From the NCBI GenBank assembly GCA_963676915.2, contig CAXXVK010000064.1, positions 1-64,000 on the forward strand: a stretch of 64,000 nt of DNA, in the 5' to 3' direction. Positions 48,837 through 59,541 of the stretch are shown piece by piece. This DNA comes from Myxococcota bacterium (lineage in GTDB: Bacteria; Myxococcota_A; SURF-8; G963663525). Made by a program: the position numbers and the translations under genes. The notes beneath the pieces are model-generated. The model made no database searches. It saw nothing but the letters and a program-made list of their open reading frames with translations, and was not told the origin of the DNA. Positions within the stretch are counted from its first letter, which is position 1, and each line of letters opens with the position of its first letter.

Positions 48837-51800
48837 ATGAATCCATATATCGGGGGTTGGTCGACACGAAACCTATTTGTTTTGTTGGCTTTCGTGGTTC
48901 TTGGAATAGGGGCAGTCGGCTGCGAAGGAACATCCGCTCCTGCCAATCGCTGCAATCCGGAATGTCTTCCCGGACTGGAATGCGTCGATGGCACTTGTGT
49001 CTGTTCGGACAGCGATTGCTGCACGACAAGTGACGACTGCGATCCTGGGCAAATTTGCAACACGGCAACCATGCAATGTTGCGTTTTGGGTGAAAACGGT
49101 TGCGGCGGCGAAACACCGGACACGGATGACGATGTAGAGGAAAGCAACGCCGACGGTGACGAAACCGACGATGCGGATATCTCCGATACGGAAGAACTTT
49201 CTGAAGAGGAAGAAGAAGCGGTCTGTGTCGAAGAGGGAGATCCTTGTACCGAAGCCGGGTTGCTCCTCTGCCACGAATGCAGCGACGAAACCGTTCAGGC
49301 TTGCAATCCCGTTGATCCCAATCAACCCGATGGTGACAAACAATGGGAACTCGTAGCCTGTTCTGCCATTTGCTTCGATTCCGAGAAACTTGCTCTGTAT
49401 TGCGAGATGTTCTGCGAAAATGGAGTTGCCTGTTGCAGTTCTTGTTCCTGTGACTGTGGCTCGGCGGATGGTGACGATGACGGCGACGAAGTGGTAGATA
49501 GCGACATCGATGATACGGACGATATCGAAGTCGAAGAAGATGTCACCCCCCAGGATTGCTATGTCGAACAGCGCCATATCGGGGTGGATGTTCTGAATCA
49601 TATCGAGGATTTACCGGCGTTTCGGCAGTTGTCCTGGGCCGAGCAGGTCAGCAGTGCGGACCCCGGTGATGTCGGCGACGACATGGCCCCCAATCCATTG
49701 CAAGACGGTGACGAAAAGGTTGTTGTCGATGTCAACCGGCCTGGTTGCATCACCCGGATGTGGTTCTCGAATCCCGAAGAAATCGGCTCGCGGCTGCTTT
49801 CGATTTACCTCAACGATTCCGAACAGCCGGTGCTGGATATTTCCTTCCCGACGCTGTTTGCAGGACAGACCGCTCCGTTCCTGAGTCCGCTTGTGAAAAA
49901 CACGGGCGATGCTTACCTCAGTTACGTGCCGATCTGCTTCTCGAAGTCGGTGAAAGTAACGATCCAAGGCGGCGGAAGACTCGAAAACTTCGCCTACCAG
50001 TTCACGTACGGAACCTTTAGCAACGATCTCGGAGTCGAAGATTTTTCGATCGATCTCGACATTGAAGACCTTGTGGACTTCTATACCAATTCGCTCGGTA
50101 ACGATCCGAAACCTTATGATGCAAGCGGTCCGAACTCCAACGTTCACTCTTTCCCGTTAAGCGGCCAACCTGCACCTGGTGTAACCGTCACGATGTCTCA
50201 AATCAACGGTCCCGGTGTCATTGAACGGATCTTGTTCGATGTCAATCCGAAAGAACCCGATCCGCCATATGGTGAGTACGATGTGCTTCGCAATGTCCGT
50301 TTGCAGATCTTTTTCGACGGCAAATCCGTCCCGGATGTCGATGCGCCCGTGGACCTGTTCTTCGGTTCAGGATTCGGGGAGGACGATAGCTACACAGGAT
50401 TAATGAACGGCATGACTGGTGCGGAAAGCTGGGCCGGAGCCGATTATTGGTATTCCTTCTGGCCGATGCCTTTCAAAACAAAGGCTATTGTGAAACTGGT
50501 AAATGACTCACCGATCACGTTGGATTCCGTAGAATATCGTGTGTATTACCGAACGATGCCGGAAGAAGAATGGCCCAATGATTGGGGACATTTCCATGCT
50601 ACGTATAACGAAGCGCTTCCGGCGACGGGTGATGGCGACTATACGTTGCTGCATACGTCCGGTCGTGGTCAGTACGTCGGAACGATGCTCGGCATCGAAA
50701 ACGGGGATACCTACAACAAGGATTGGATCGAAGGCGACGATAGGGTCTTTATCGATGGTTCATCCTCGCCACAACTGAGCGGTACCGGTTTGGATCACAT
50801 GTTCAACGGTGGTCGCGAATGGCGAAGCAGCTATACCGGACCTTTCGCAAGTGTCACAAAGCATAGTGATTTCCCGTATCAATTCAGCGCACGTCGTTTG
50901 TATCTGTCCGACGCCATTCCGTTCAATACCGAACTTCTCTACAACCTTGAGCGGGTGTTCGAGTTGTCCAGTGGAACGGAAAAAGTCACGGAAGCCAAGT
51001 ACCGTTCTTTAGCTCTGTACTATCGTTCTTGTCTGGGTGGCATGTCGATTACAGACCAGGTAGATTTGGGGAATCCCTCCGATCGCGTCCTGCACGAATT
51101 CGATGCGGCCTTTGAAAATGATCGTTGGCAGACCCCCAATCGATTTTTCGGAAGCACGAAAATTCTCTGCACCTATCAAGGAAACGAATGTCCTACCAAG
51201 TACGTATGCACCGATAGTCGAACCATCACCACCGAGCTTTATGCTGGATGTGAAGAATCTTCGCCCGAATGCCGATGCATTCCGAGGCTTTCGGGAGTCG
51301 TCCTGACCTCTTCGGCGGAGAGTCCGAGTTTTATGGAAGTCACGATGGAGATCGATCCCGACAACGTGGGACTACGCCTTTCCCGTGTGTTGGATTACAG
51401 CTTCGCCGATCAGGAAGCCGAAGTCTGGATCGGTTCCACCGAGGTGGGAGCGACGATGCGCAAGGCCGGTGTCTGGCGTACGCCGGGACGCAATCAAAGC
51501 AAGTCCTGGCGGGAAGATTTCTTCGATATTCCTTATTGCCTGATTCAGGATCTTGTAGGAAATCAAGTGCGTTTGCGCTTCTTGCATACTGGCGGCAATG
51601 AGTGGAATATCTATGATCTCAAGGTTTATTCTTACCTTTCGCCGGATCGTACCCAAGCCGGTCCGGGAGTCGTGGATGTCGATACGATTCAGGCCGAATA
51701 TTCCCTGTCGCGCATTAGTCTGAGTTGGCAGGCTCCGACCGGAACGCCTCCTGCCTATTACCACATCTTCAAAAACCTCGATTCGCCGAGTTTCGCTTGT

Positions 51801-52532
51801 ACCGGTGATCCAGCCGCTACGGTATCGACGAATTCCTGGGACGATCCTACGCCGTACCCCGCACAATCCAACGTCTACTACAAGATTCTTCCCGAAGATT
51901 GCATGGGACAACGTAGTGAAAACTGCTCCGAAACCTTTACCGCTTCAACGCCGTTGCCGCCAAAATGCATCAATGTGGAAGACGCTGTTGACTTGACCAA
52001 TTCCGATATGCCCATAGATCCCGATCTGCCGGAAACCTACACTGGAGAAATCGAAATCGAAGGCTTCGTCGGTGAAACGGACGGCGTGATCGGTATCTCT
52101 CCCGAAGATCCGCCCATTGGATACACTTGGGTGGGACGTCGCAGCACCAGTTCTCTGGTAGTGAACGTCAAGCCTCTGGTAACCGGTGATTACAACATTG
52201 GTATTCGTTACGGTAAAGGTACGGATTACGCCAAGTGGCAACTGTCGGTTCAGGGTATTCCGCAGGGGGATATCCAAAACGGATTCAACGCCACGGAAAT
52301 TGTATATCCTCCAACGGTGGATGACAGCCCGCAACTTCAGTTCATCAGCACCAAACGTTTAACTGTGCCGGACGGAACGGATTTCTACGACAACCCGGAA
52401 GCCTGGGAAGAATGGGACGGAATTTCCTTCGTCTTCAAACTCAAGGGAGCCGATACGGGAGCCTCCGGAAGCCAGAAACGGGTGACGCTGGACCAGATAT
52501 GTCTTGAAGGGACGGCTGAAGAAAGCCGCTAA
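48837..52532 (+). CDS. Large Cys-rich lipoprotein with DUF2961 (GH172-like) domains, an FN3-like domain and CBM-like domains
   Basis: Lipobox AVGC, Cys-rich modules and acidic linkers; PGCITRMW, GPGVIERI, VDAPVDLFFG, FWPMPF, GHFHA, GRGQYVG and IEGDDRVFIDG...GTG; FN3-like LSWQAP..YYHIFK. Confidence 0.8.
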   Translation: MNPYIGGWSTRNLFVLLAFVVLGIGAVGCEGTSAPANRCNPECLPGLECVDGTCVCSDSDCCTTSDDCDPGQICNTATMQCCVLGENGCGGETPDTDDDVEESNADGDETDDADISDTEELSEEEEEAVCVEEGDPCTEAGLLLCHECSDETVQACNPVDPNQPDGDKQWELVACSAICFDSEKLALYCEMFCENGVACCSSCSCDCGSADGDDDGDEVVDSDIDDTDDIEVEEDVTPQDCYVEQRHIGVDVLNHIEDLPAFRQLSWAEQVSSADPGDVGDDMAPNPLQDGDEKVVVDVNRPGCITRMWFSNPEEIGSRLLSIYLNDSEQPVLDISFPTLFAGQTAPFLSPLVKNTGDAYLSYVPICFSKSVKVTIQGGGRLENFAYQFTYGTFSNDLGVEDFSIDLDIEDLVDFYTNSLGNDPKPYDASGPNSNVHSFPLSGQPAPGVTVTMSQINGPGVIERILFDVNPKEPDPPYGEYDVLRNVRLQIFFDGKSVPDVDAPVDLFFGSGFGEDDSYTGLMNGMTGAESWAGADYWYSFWPMPFKTKAIVKLVNDSPITLDSVEYRVYYRTMPEEEWPNDWGHFHATYNEALPATGDGDYTLLHTSGRGQYVGTMLGIENGDTYNKDWIEGDDRVFIDGSSSPQLSGTGLDHMFNGGREWRSSYTGPFASVTKHSDFPYQFSARRLYLSDAIPFNTELLYNLERVFELSSGTEKVTEAKYRSLALYYRSCLGGMSITDQVDLGNPSDRVLHEFDAAFENDRWQTPNRFFGSTKILCTYQGNECPTKYVCTDSRTITTELYAGCEESSPECRCIPRLSGVVLTSSAESPSFMEVTMEIDPDNVGLRLSRVLDYSFADQEAEVWIGSTEVGATMRKAGVWRTPGRNQSKSWREDFFDIPYCLIQDLVGNQVRLRFLHTGGNEWNIYDLKVYSYLSPDRTQAGPGVVDVDTIQAEYSLSRISLSWQAPTGTPPAYYHIFKNLDSPSFACTGDPAATVSTNSWDDPTPYPAQSNVYYKILPEDCMGQRSENCSETFTASTPLPPKCINVEDAVDLTNSDMPIDPDLPETYTGEIEIEGFVGETDGVIGISPEDPPIGYTWVGRRSTSSLVVNVKPLVTGDYNIGIRYGKGTDYAKWQLSVQGIPQGDIQNGFNATEIVYPPTVDDSPQLQFISTKRLTVPDGTDFYDNPEAWEEWDGISFVFKLKGADTGASGSQKRVTLDQICLEGTAEESR

Positions 52533-52559
52533 ACGTCAAAAAAAGGAAAAAGACAAGCC

Positions 52560-52973
52560 ATGCTGCAACGAATCGGAATATCGCTGGACGACAAACTTTT
52601 GGAGCGTTTCGACGAACTGATTCAACAAAGGGGCTGGGTGAACCGTTCCGAAGTCGTTCGCGATCTGATTCGGGACATGCTTGTCGAGGAAGATTGGACC
52701 AGCGAAGAGGAAGAGGCCATGGGGGTGGTGGTCGCGGTATACGATCACCATGCCCACGGACTTTCACAAAAACTCACCGAAATTCAGCACGATAGCTTCG
52801 CCACGGTGATTTCCACCTTGCACGTTCACATGGATCATCATAATTGTCTGGAAATCATGGTCTTGAAGGGGAAGCCGGCAGATTTGAAATCCCTGGCCGA
52901 TCAGGTAATCGGCACCAAGGGAGTCAAGCACGCGAAATTCATTCCCACGACCAGCGGGGCGAAAATTTCCTAA
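52560..52973 (+). CDS. nikR: Nickel-responsive regulator NikR
   Basis: RHH N-terminus RIGISL...NRSE, YDHH and HVHMDHHNCLE nickel ligands. Confidence 0.95.
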   Translation: MLQRIGISLDDKLLERFDELIQQRGWVNRSEVVRDLIRDMLVEEDWTSEEEEAMGVVVAVYDHHAHGLSQKLTEIQHDSFATVISTLHVHMDHHNCLEIMVLKGKPADLKSLADQVIGTKGVKHAKFIPTTSGAKIS

Positions 52974-52999
52974 CCACACGTAACGCCTGGCTTTACAGT

Positions 53000-54922
53000 T
53001 TACAACTCAACACTTTGTTCGATGCGCTGGCCGACGAACTGCGCGATCCAACTGGACAAAGCACCGATAGTGATCATCGGATTGACGTTCGTTGAAGTGG
53101 GGACAACGGAGCCGTCCGCAATGAACAGGTTACGCACATCGAAAGTTTCCCCGCTCGAATTGACCACCGCTTCTCGGGGATTTGCGCCCATTCTCGCCGT
53201 TCCCAAAGGATGGTAGGCCGAAAGGTCCAGATCCATGGGTTTGGCAGGTCGGTCGAGATGCTGATGCAATTCTGTGGGATGATGAACGGTCGTGATACCG
53301 TGCAACGGCAACATGACCGTCCGCGCCCCGGCGGCGAGAAATACCCGGCTGAGGATTTCCATTCCACGTAGGATGCGCCCAAGGGTCGTTTTATCCATCC
53401 AGTAGGTAATTAATGGACGGCGGAAATTCGCGGCGGGCAACACACGTCCGACAGATGAATCCGAGACCATAAAACCGAACGTCGAAAGATGTCGGGCTTG
53501 TTCCATGAACGACTGGAGCTTCTCTCCAACGAAATCGGTAAAAACGGGAAGATGTGCAAACGGTGTCGTGGCACCTTCGAACAAGATGCCTTCCTCGTGA
53601 AATTCGTTGATCTGGTAGCCTTGAGGAATGAAGTTGTAGCCGTCCACGACTTCATCCATCACCGCCACCAGCGATGTAGCGGGGTGCACCGAAAGATTTT
53701 TTCCCAGCCATCCCGAAGAGTTGGCAAGCTTGTTTTTCATGAGCAACAGTGGAGTCAACAAAGCACCGCAAGCCAGCACAACGCATCGAGCCTTGATGGT
53801 GACTTTTCGTCCCGTATCTTTGCTGCGTCCACGAACGCCGTATGCCGTGCCGTTTTTGACGAGGATTTCGTCCACCACGGTTCGGGAGATGAGAAAAGCG
53901 TTGTTTTTCAAGGCGTCGGGAACGAACGAAACGTTTGTTCCTCGTTTGGCGTCGGTAGGACACCCGAACACACAAACGCCCTGGCCATCGCAATCGGGAG
54001 CATTGCGAGGCAGAGGACCGTGGGAATATCCCAACTCATCGGCTCCTCGACCAATGATTTTCCCTGTGGGGCCGACGTATTTCATGTCAGCGGTCGTGAC
54101 ACGGTAACCGGTTTCCATTTTGGCGAAATGCGGTTCGAGGTTGGCGGGTGTCAGGTCGCACAATCCGAAATTCTCCCGCCATTTCCGCAACACGGGACGG
54201 GGCGTTCGAAAACAGGTGCCTGAATTGACGGTTGTCGTTCCCCCAACCGTTTCTCCGATAGGGAGGTAAATCAGGCAGTTGCCGACGGTCATGGTATTGC
54301 CGCCCAGGAACCACATATCCTGTTGACGATCCCAGGCGCGACCATCGAACGTGCGACGGGTGAAGTAGTCCCCGGACTCGACCATCACCACCGCATGACC
54401 CTGAGAGGCCAACTCCGAAGCAACCACCGCACCACCCGCTCCGGTACCAACCACAACGGCCTCGGCTTCGAGTTCCAGATCTTCTGTAATATCGGAACCT
54501 TGCGTTACCTGTTGCCACCAGCTTCCCGTCTCGGGTTCTCCGGTTTCACAGGCGTATCGACAATTGAATTTTTCGTAATAGCCAGGCTTGTCGTAATAGG
54601 AGATCTTCATCAACAAGCTTACCAGACGAAACGCCTGAAATTCCACCCAGGTTGCCGTTCGCAGTTTTTCGATATACGCGGTCCGCTTGGCAGGAGACAG
54701 ATGACGCATCGAACGAACGTAGTTCAAACGTGCCCGCTCGTTGACAACGTGAAGCATTCCTTTGACGGAACGTATCGAAATCGGCGTCATTTTTGCGATG
54801 GCACGCTCGACAAGATCGACATCTTCCCAGGTATAGGCACCGAAAGATTTCGAAGCCGGAAACATGACTTCACCTAAAGCATAAACGATTTCCCGCTCGC
54901 GGTTGGAAAGAGTAGTTCCCAT
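53000..54922 (-). CDS. GMC oxidoreductase (long-chain alcohol oxidase-like) with an N-terminal helical extension
   Basis: VVGTGAGG, VGGTTTVNSG, CDGQGVCVFGCP, YHPLGT and NVNPMITI; AAGGAG RBS before the ATG at 54922. Confidence 0.88.
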   Translation of the reverse strand: MGTTLSNREREIVYALGEVMFPASKSFGAYTWEDVDLVERAIAKMTPISIRSVKGMLHVVNERARLNYVRSMRHLSPAKRTAYIEKLRTATWVEFQAFRLVSLLMKISYYDKPGYYEKFNCRYACETGEPETGSWWQQVTQGSDITEDLELEAEAVVVGTGAGGAVVASELASQGHAVVMVESGDYFTRRTFDGRAWDRQQDMWFLGGNTMTVGNCLIYLPIGETVGGTTTVNSGTCFRTPRPVLRKWRENFGLCDLTPANLEPHFAKMETGYRVTTADMKYVGPTGKIIGRGADELGYSHGPLPRNAPDCDGQGVCVFGCPTDAKRGTNVSFVPDALKNNAFLISRTVVDEILVKNGTAYGVRGRSKDTGRKVTIKARCVVLACGALLTPLLLMKNKLANSSGWLGKNLSVHPATSLVAVMDEVVDGYNFIPQGYQINEFHEEGILFEGATTPFAHLPVFTDFVGEKLQSFMEQARHLSTFGFMVSDSSVGRVLPAANFRRPLITYWMDKTTLGRILRGMEILSRVFLAAGARTVMLPLHGITTVHHPTELHQHLDRPAKPMDLDLSAYHPLGTARMGANPREAVVNSSGETFDVRNLFIADGSVVPTSTNVNPMITIGALSSWIAQFVGQRIEQSVEL

Positions 54923-55101
54923 GGAGGGTGCTCCTTGAAAGCTTGTGTAATCAAAACACATTAACACAGCGCGTTACGATTGCAAGAGAAGCAGCATTTT
55001 CGCTGCGCAAAATCATGATAGTGTTTGCCTCGAATGTCAATCTGTGTAAACTATCGTTCAATGTCGCGGACGAATGGGTGTAATTTTTTGTAGGAAAAAT
55101 C

Positions 55102-55172
55102 GTAGGTCGGGTGATTTCACCTGAAAATTTTCGAAAACGGTCTTCGGTGTCGGGTGAAGTCACCCGACCTAG
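55102..55172. repeat. Inverted GTAG-type REP doublet (REPIN-like)
   Basis: GTAGGTCGGGTGATTTCACCTGA followed by an inverted copy (reverse complement CTAGGTCGGGTGACTTCACCCGACA); intergenic. Confidence 0.75.
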
Positions 55173-55340
55173 AACTTTGGTTCAACGTTTTCTTAGAAAA
55201 TGCGATTTATCATAAGATTAAAGACACACCCTGGACGAATGGATACGTGCAAAAAACAATTGAGAATCGGTTTTAAGAACGATCTGGGAACAGTTCTCAG
55301 ATTCCAGGGTTGAGTTTATCTTTTTCGGAGGTGCGGGATC

Positions 55341-57895
55341 ATGAATCGAGGTCTTTTCGCCAGCCTTCTGCTTTTGTTTGCTGTCGTACTTGCTATGTCG
55401 GGATGTACCGGGGATGAGCCGGACCTCCGGCCGGATTCGCTTTCGGAGGTAACTCCCTACCTGACGTATCTCAAAGACGATCAAGGGCGGTATATTTACC
55501 TCAAGGGTGTCAATGTGGGTGGAAGTTCGAAGGTGCCTTATCTGGAAGGAGAAGACGCACTCGAACACCGCTACAGCCCTAATCGGTCGGCGGATATATC
55601 TTATGTAGGGCGCCCGTTTCCCGCCGAGAGCGCTGACCAGTACTTCGAACAGATTCGAGCCCTGGGATTCAACTCGGTGCGGTTGCTGTTCATGTGGGAA
55701 GCGGTCATGCCGAACTCTCACGATGAAGTGGACACCGAATTTCTGGCCTATCTGGACGAGATGATCGGTAAAGCCCACGAGCACGGCTTGTACGTATTGC
55801 TCAACGTGCACGAGAATATCTGGAGCCGTCACATTTATTCGCTGTACAACGAAAAAGCCGATGGAAACAAAGGCGATTTGATCAACATGCTGTACTCGCT
55901 GTTTCCGCAAAAATGCAAAGACAGCGGACGGTGTGCAGAAGGCGCAGATCCCGAAGCTTACGACTGGGAAAATGGCTTCACCGATCACGTTTCCGGCGAT
56001 GGCGCACCGATGTGGGCCAATTATGCTTGTTTACCGCATAAGAACTGGGACCCCGACAACAAGAACTGGGGATTGTTCCGTATTATCGGAACGTTGGGCA
56101 AAGACCAGGACGACAATGGCCGACCGGATTTCTTCGAGGAACTCGACCTGATCATCCCTTATCTCGAAGGCACCGGCATGATTACCCTGGACGACGCCAC
56201 CAAGGCGAAAATCCAGGAAATGGAGAAAAATCTCCCCGAGCCGTTTTCGGTAAAAGAAACCAGCGACATGATGCCCTGGACCTTCTGGGGACTCGATACC
56301 TTCCTGTCGATGGACTCCGACCAGTGTTACGCCAAACTGTTCGCCGGAGATGTCGCTTACCCGGAAATGATCGCGCTCGACAAAGACCGCAATCCCATCA
56401 TCGATCCGAATACCAACGAGCCGTATCCTATCGAGGAATATCTGCAATCGGGATACGAGCGCATGTGGCGTGAAGTGGCCAAAGTCGGCAAAAAGCACTC
56501 CAACGTCATCGGATACGACATCATGAACGAGCCGCCTATCGTGTTCATCGTGTTGTCCATCCTTGGAGCCTATTTCGATCTTTCGGGGTTGGGACTCGAA
56601 AGCACTTTGGAAAACCTGATGAGCGGCCTCGTGCCGGTGGATGTCCCGTTGAGCGTTCCCGACAATTACGTACTGAGCGACGACGGGAATACAAGCCTCG
56701 GAGAATACGCCTTTTTCCTGTTGCGCTTTCTCGAAATTCTTCCAAGAGATACCAGCGACGAGATGAAAGCCGAGTTGGGTCTTGCCTATAAAGACGATAC
56801 GCAGAATATCGAATGGAGCGCCGACACTTTCGGACTGCTGGGCTTGAATTCCAATTTCGAGGAGAACCATCTTCGACCGTTTTACGAGCGCCTGGCCGGA
56901 GCCATCGTCGAGGAAGACCCCGACGCCACAATCTGGTTCGAGGGTCGGCTTGGGAATCAATTCGATTCTTGGCGGTGGCGGTATCGGTGGTCAATGGGTA
57001 CAACACATGCTTCGTCCGACACTGGAAGAAGGCGACCGGGGACGTTTCGTATTCACGCCGCACTGGTACCCGGACATCTATCCGCATATCGGTTTCAACA
57101 TGACCCCGCGTGAGTTCACCGACGAAGTATATCGTTACCGGGAGTACTCCGAAAAACTGCAAAGCTACCGGGATGAAGCACAGGACTGGTACTCCAACAT
57201 CCCGACCGTGTTCGGCGAATTCGGAACCTATTGGAATTTCAACGGAATCGAGCAGTCCGTTGAAGACAACTATATCGTTTCCACCGAGATTCTCGACAAC
57301 TACTACGAAGCTTACGAAGACCTGATGCTGAGCAACATGGTCTGGTGCTATACCGCCGACAACGATTACACTTACGGCGACTGGTGGAACCACGAGGACT
57401 TCTCCATCATCGATCCAGCCGGAAGACCTCGGGGTGAGACGGCTTATTCTCGGCCCGTGGCTACGGCGATTTCGGGAAAACCTACCCACATGCACTTCTA
57501 CTCGGATCACCACTATTACGATCCCGACAAAGGCGAGGTCGATCCCTTCCACGAGTTCGAATTGCGTTTCGCCAGTCGGGGAAACCCGCGAACCGACGAC
57601 GCTTTTCGTCCCCGAACTGCAATATCCCGATGGCTTTTACGTCTGGCTTTCGGACGGGTTCTGCTCGGTGCAGTATTTCCCGGAGATCGAAAACCCGACG
57701 GGGTCCAACAGTGGAGCGAGCCGGAAACCCGAATGGATTCCGGGCTATTACCTGCTGAATTACTACCCGACAGAAGACAAGCCGGGTTGGGAGCACGAGG
57801 TGTTGATCCGTCCACCTTTGAAGGGGCAGGAAGCCAGGGACTGGAGTTATTTCGTCAAAGGCCAAGACACATTGACCGGCGGAACTCGCCACTGA
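55341..57895 (+). CDS. GH5 glycolipid hydrolase (GH5_12/endoglycoceramidase-related) lipoprotein; two apparent +1 frameshifts
   Basis: Lipobox MSGC; GVNVGGSSKVP, YVGRPFP, GFNSVRLLFMWEA, HENIWSR, GDGAP, MNEP (acid/base), FGEFG (nucleophile) and GDWWNHEDFS. Removing one G at ~56943 and one at ~57579 joins three ORFs. Confidence 0.8.
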
Positions 57896-57917
57896 CGCGG
57901 ACGAATAGGAGGTGGAT

Positions 57918-59491
57918 ATGCAACGCAATACTACTTGGACGCTTCGGTCGGTTCGTTCGCTGATATTGTTAGCGGTGCTGGCCTTTGGTTTTGAAGGATA
58001 TGCCGAAGAAGTTTCGACCAATGAAACGGACGCTTTGGCAGTAAGCGAAACGGCTACAGAAGAAAACAGCGCAACGAAAGAGATACAACCGGTTGAGAAT
58101 CAAGGGGAAAAACTACCTTCCTGGGTGGATGACCAACCGGCGAAAATCGATCTTTCCAAAGCACCGGCGGGGGAAATCTGTTACGACCCGGAATTGGTCG
58201 CTTCCTCGGTCGCTCCCTCCTGCAAAAGCGGGAAACGAGTGGAATTCGGTGCCGACTTCCAAACCGTCTTTTTCATCAAAAACGATGAAGATTTCGACGA
58301 TACACCGCCGGAATACAACAAAGACAGTCAGCAATCGGCGTTTCTGGGAACCTACCTTCGACCGCGAGTTGTCTCTCTATGCGATGGACAACCTGAAGAT
58401 TTTCTGGGAATTCGAAATCGGCCTGAACCTGTGGAGCCGCAACAACGCCGACCAGAACAATACCGGCAGTGGCGACTACTTCCTGTTCAAACAACGAGAA
58501 CTGAACGCACAAGGGTCGTTCCTGGACGGGGCTGGTGGGATTTTCCGTGGGATATCAGCACTTTTCCGATCCTTCCGGTCTGTTTCTGAATCATTGGATC
58601 GGTGCTGCGAGTTTTATCACGAAACCGAAAAGCGGAACCTACACCATCAGTCTGGCTCAGATGCCCGACAATACGGCGGAAGGCTTCCTGACCGATGAGA
58701 ACAGCCTGACACGTGACCGTTACGTGTTTGGATTCCGGGCTGATCTGCCTTTCAAATCCGGCGAAACGAAGCTGACGTTCTCTCCGTCGATCTATCATTT
58801 ATATGATGACACCGTGGTGGATTACACGAAGAATCTCGCCAACCTGACTCTCCATCTGGACTTGGAATGGCGCTACCTGACCTTCTCTGCCGACCTGCTT
58901 TACCAGTACGGCGTTACGAAAAACGGTTCGTACGATGGCGAGGACGTGATTCACTCCGGCTATGCCACGCAACTCAATCTTGGACTCGATTTCAATCCTT
59001 TCGTGTTGTCGTTCAACCTGCTGAACCTTTCGCCGGACGACGACCACGAAGCCAACGATTCGGATGGAGCCTTCCTGTACTCGGGCAAAAACCGAAGCGC
59101 GACGATTCTGCTTACCGAAGACGAACTTCGCGACCGTGGAGACAACCTGGACGAACGGATGGGAAGCAACGACGGCGGTTTCTCGCAACTTCGCTCCGGT
59201 TACGGCCTTGTGGATCTGAAAGCAGCGATGAACGTAACCGACTATTTCCAGCCTGCCTTGGTCGTCGGTGCGGCAGTGACCCAGAATACCGCCAATTCCA
59301 TGGGTGAAAATTTCGTGGGGATGGAAACGAATCTCACGATGAAATTCATGGTGGACGACGTGCTGGACTTCCACCTTGTCGGAGCCGTACTGGTTCCCGG
59401 CAAGGCGGCAGCGGCCAGAATCAACGGGTATGACCGGGACCGAACGAACCTGATGTATGCCGGAGAAGTAGCCATGGGCGTACACTTCTAG
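57918..59491 (+). CDS. Outer-membrane beta-barrel protein (alginate-export/porin-like); two apparent +1 frameshifts
   Basis: AGGAGG RBS, signal peptide, amphipathic strands and terminal GVHF. Three ORFs join if single bases are removed at ~58365 and ~58529. Confidence 0.62.
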
Positions 59492-59541
59492 AGAAACGAT
59501 TTCACAATGGATCAACGGACCTTTCAATTAGATAAGCGGGG

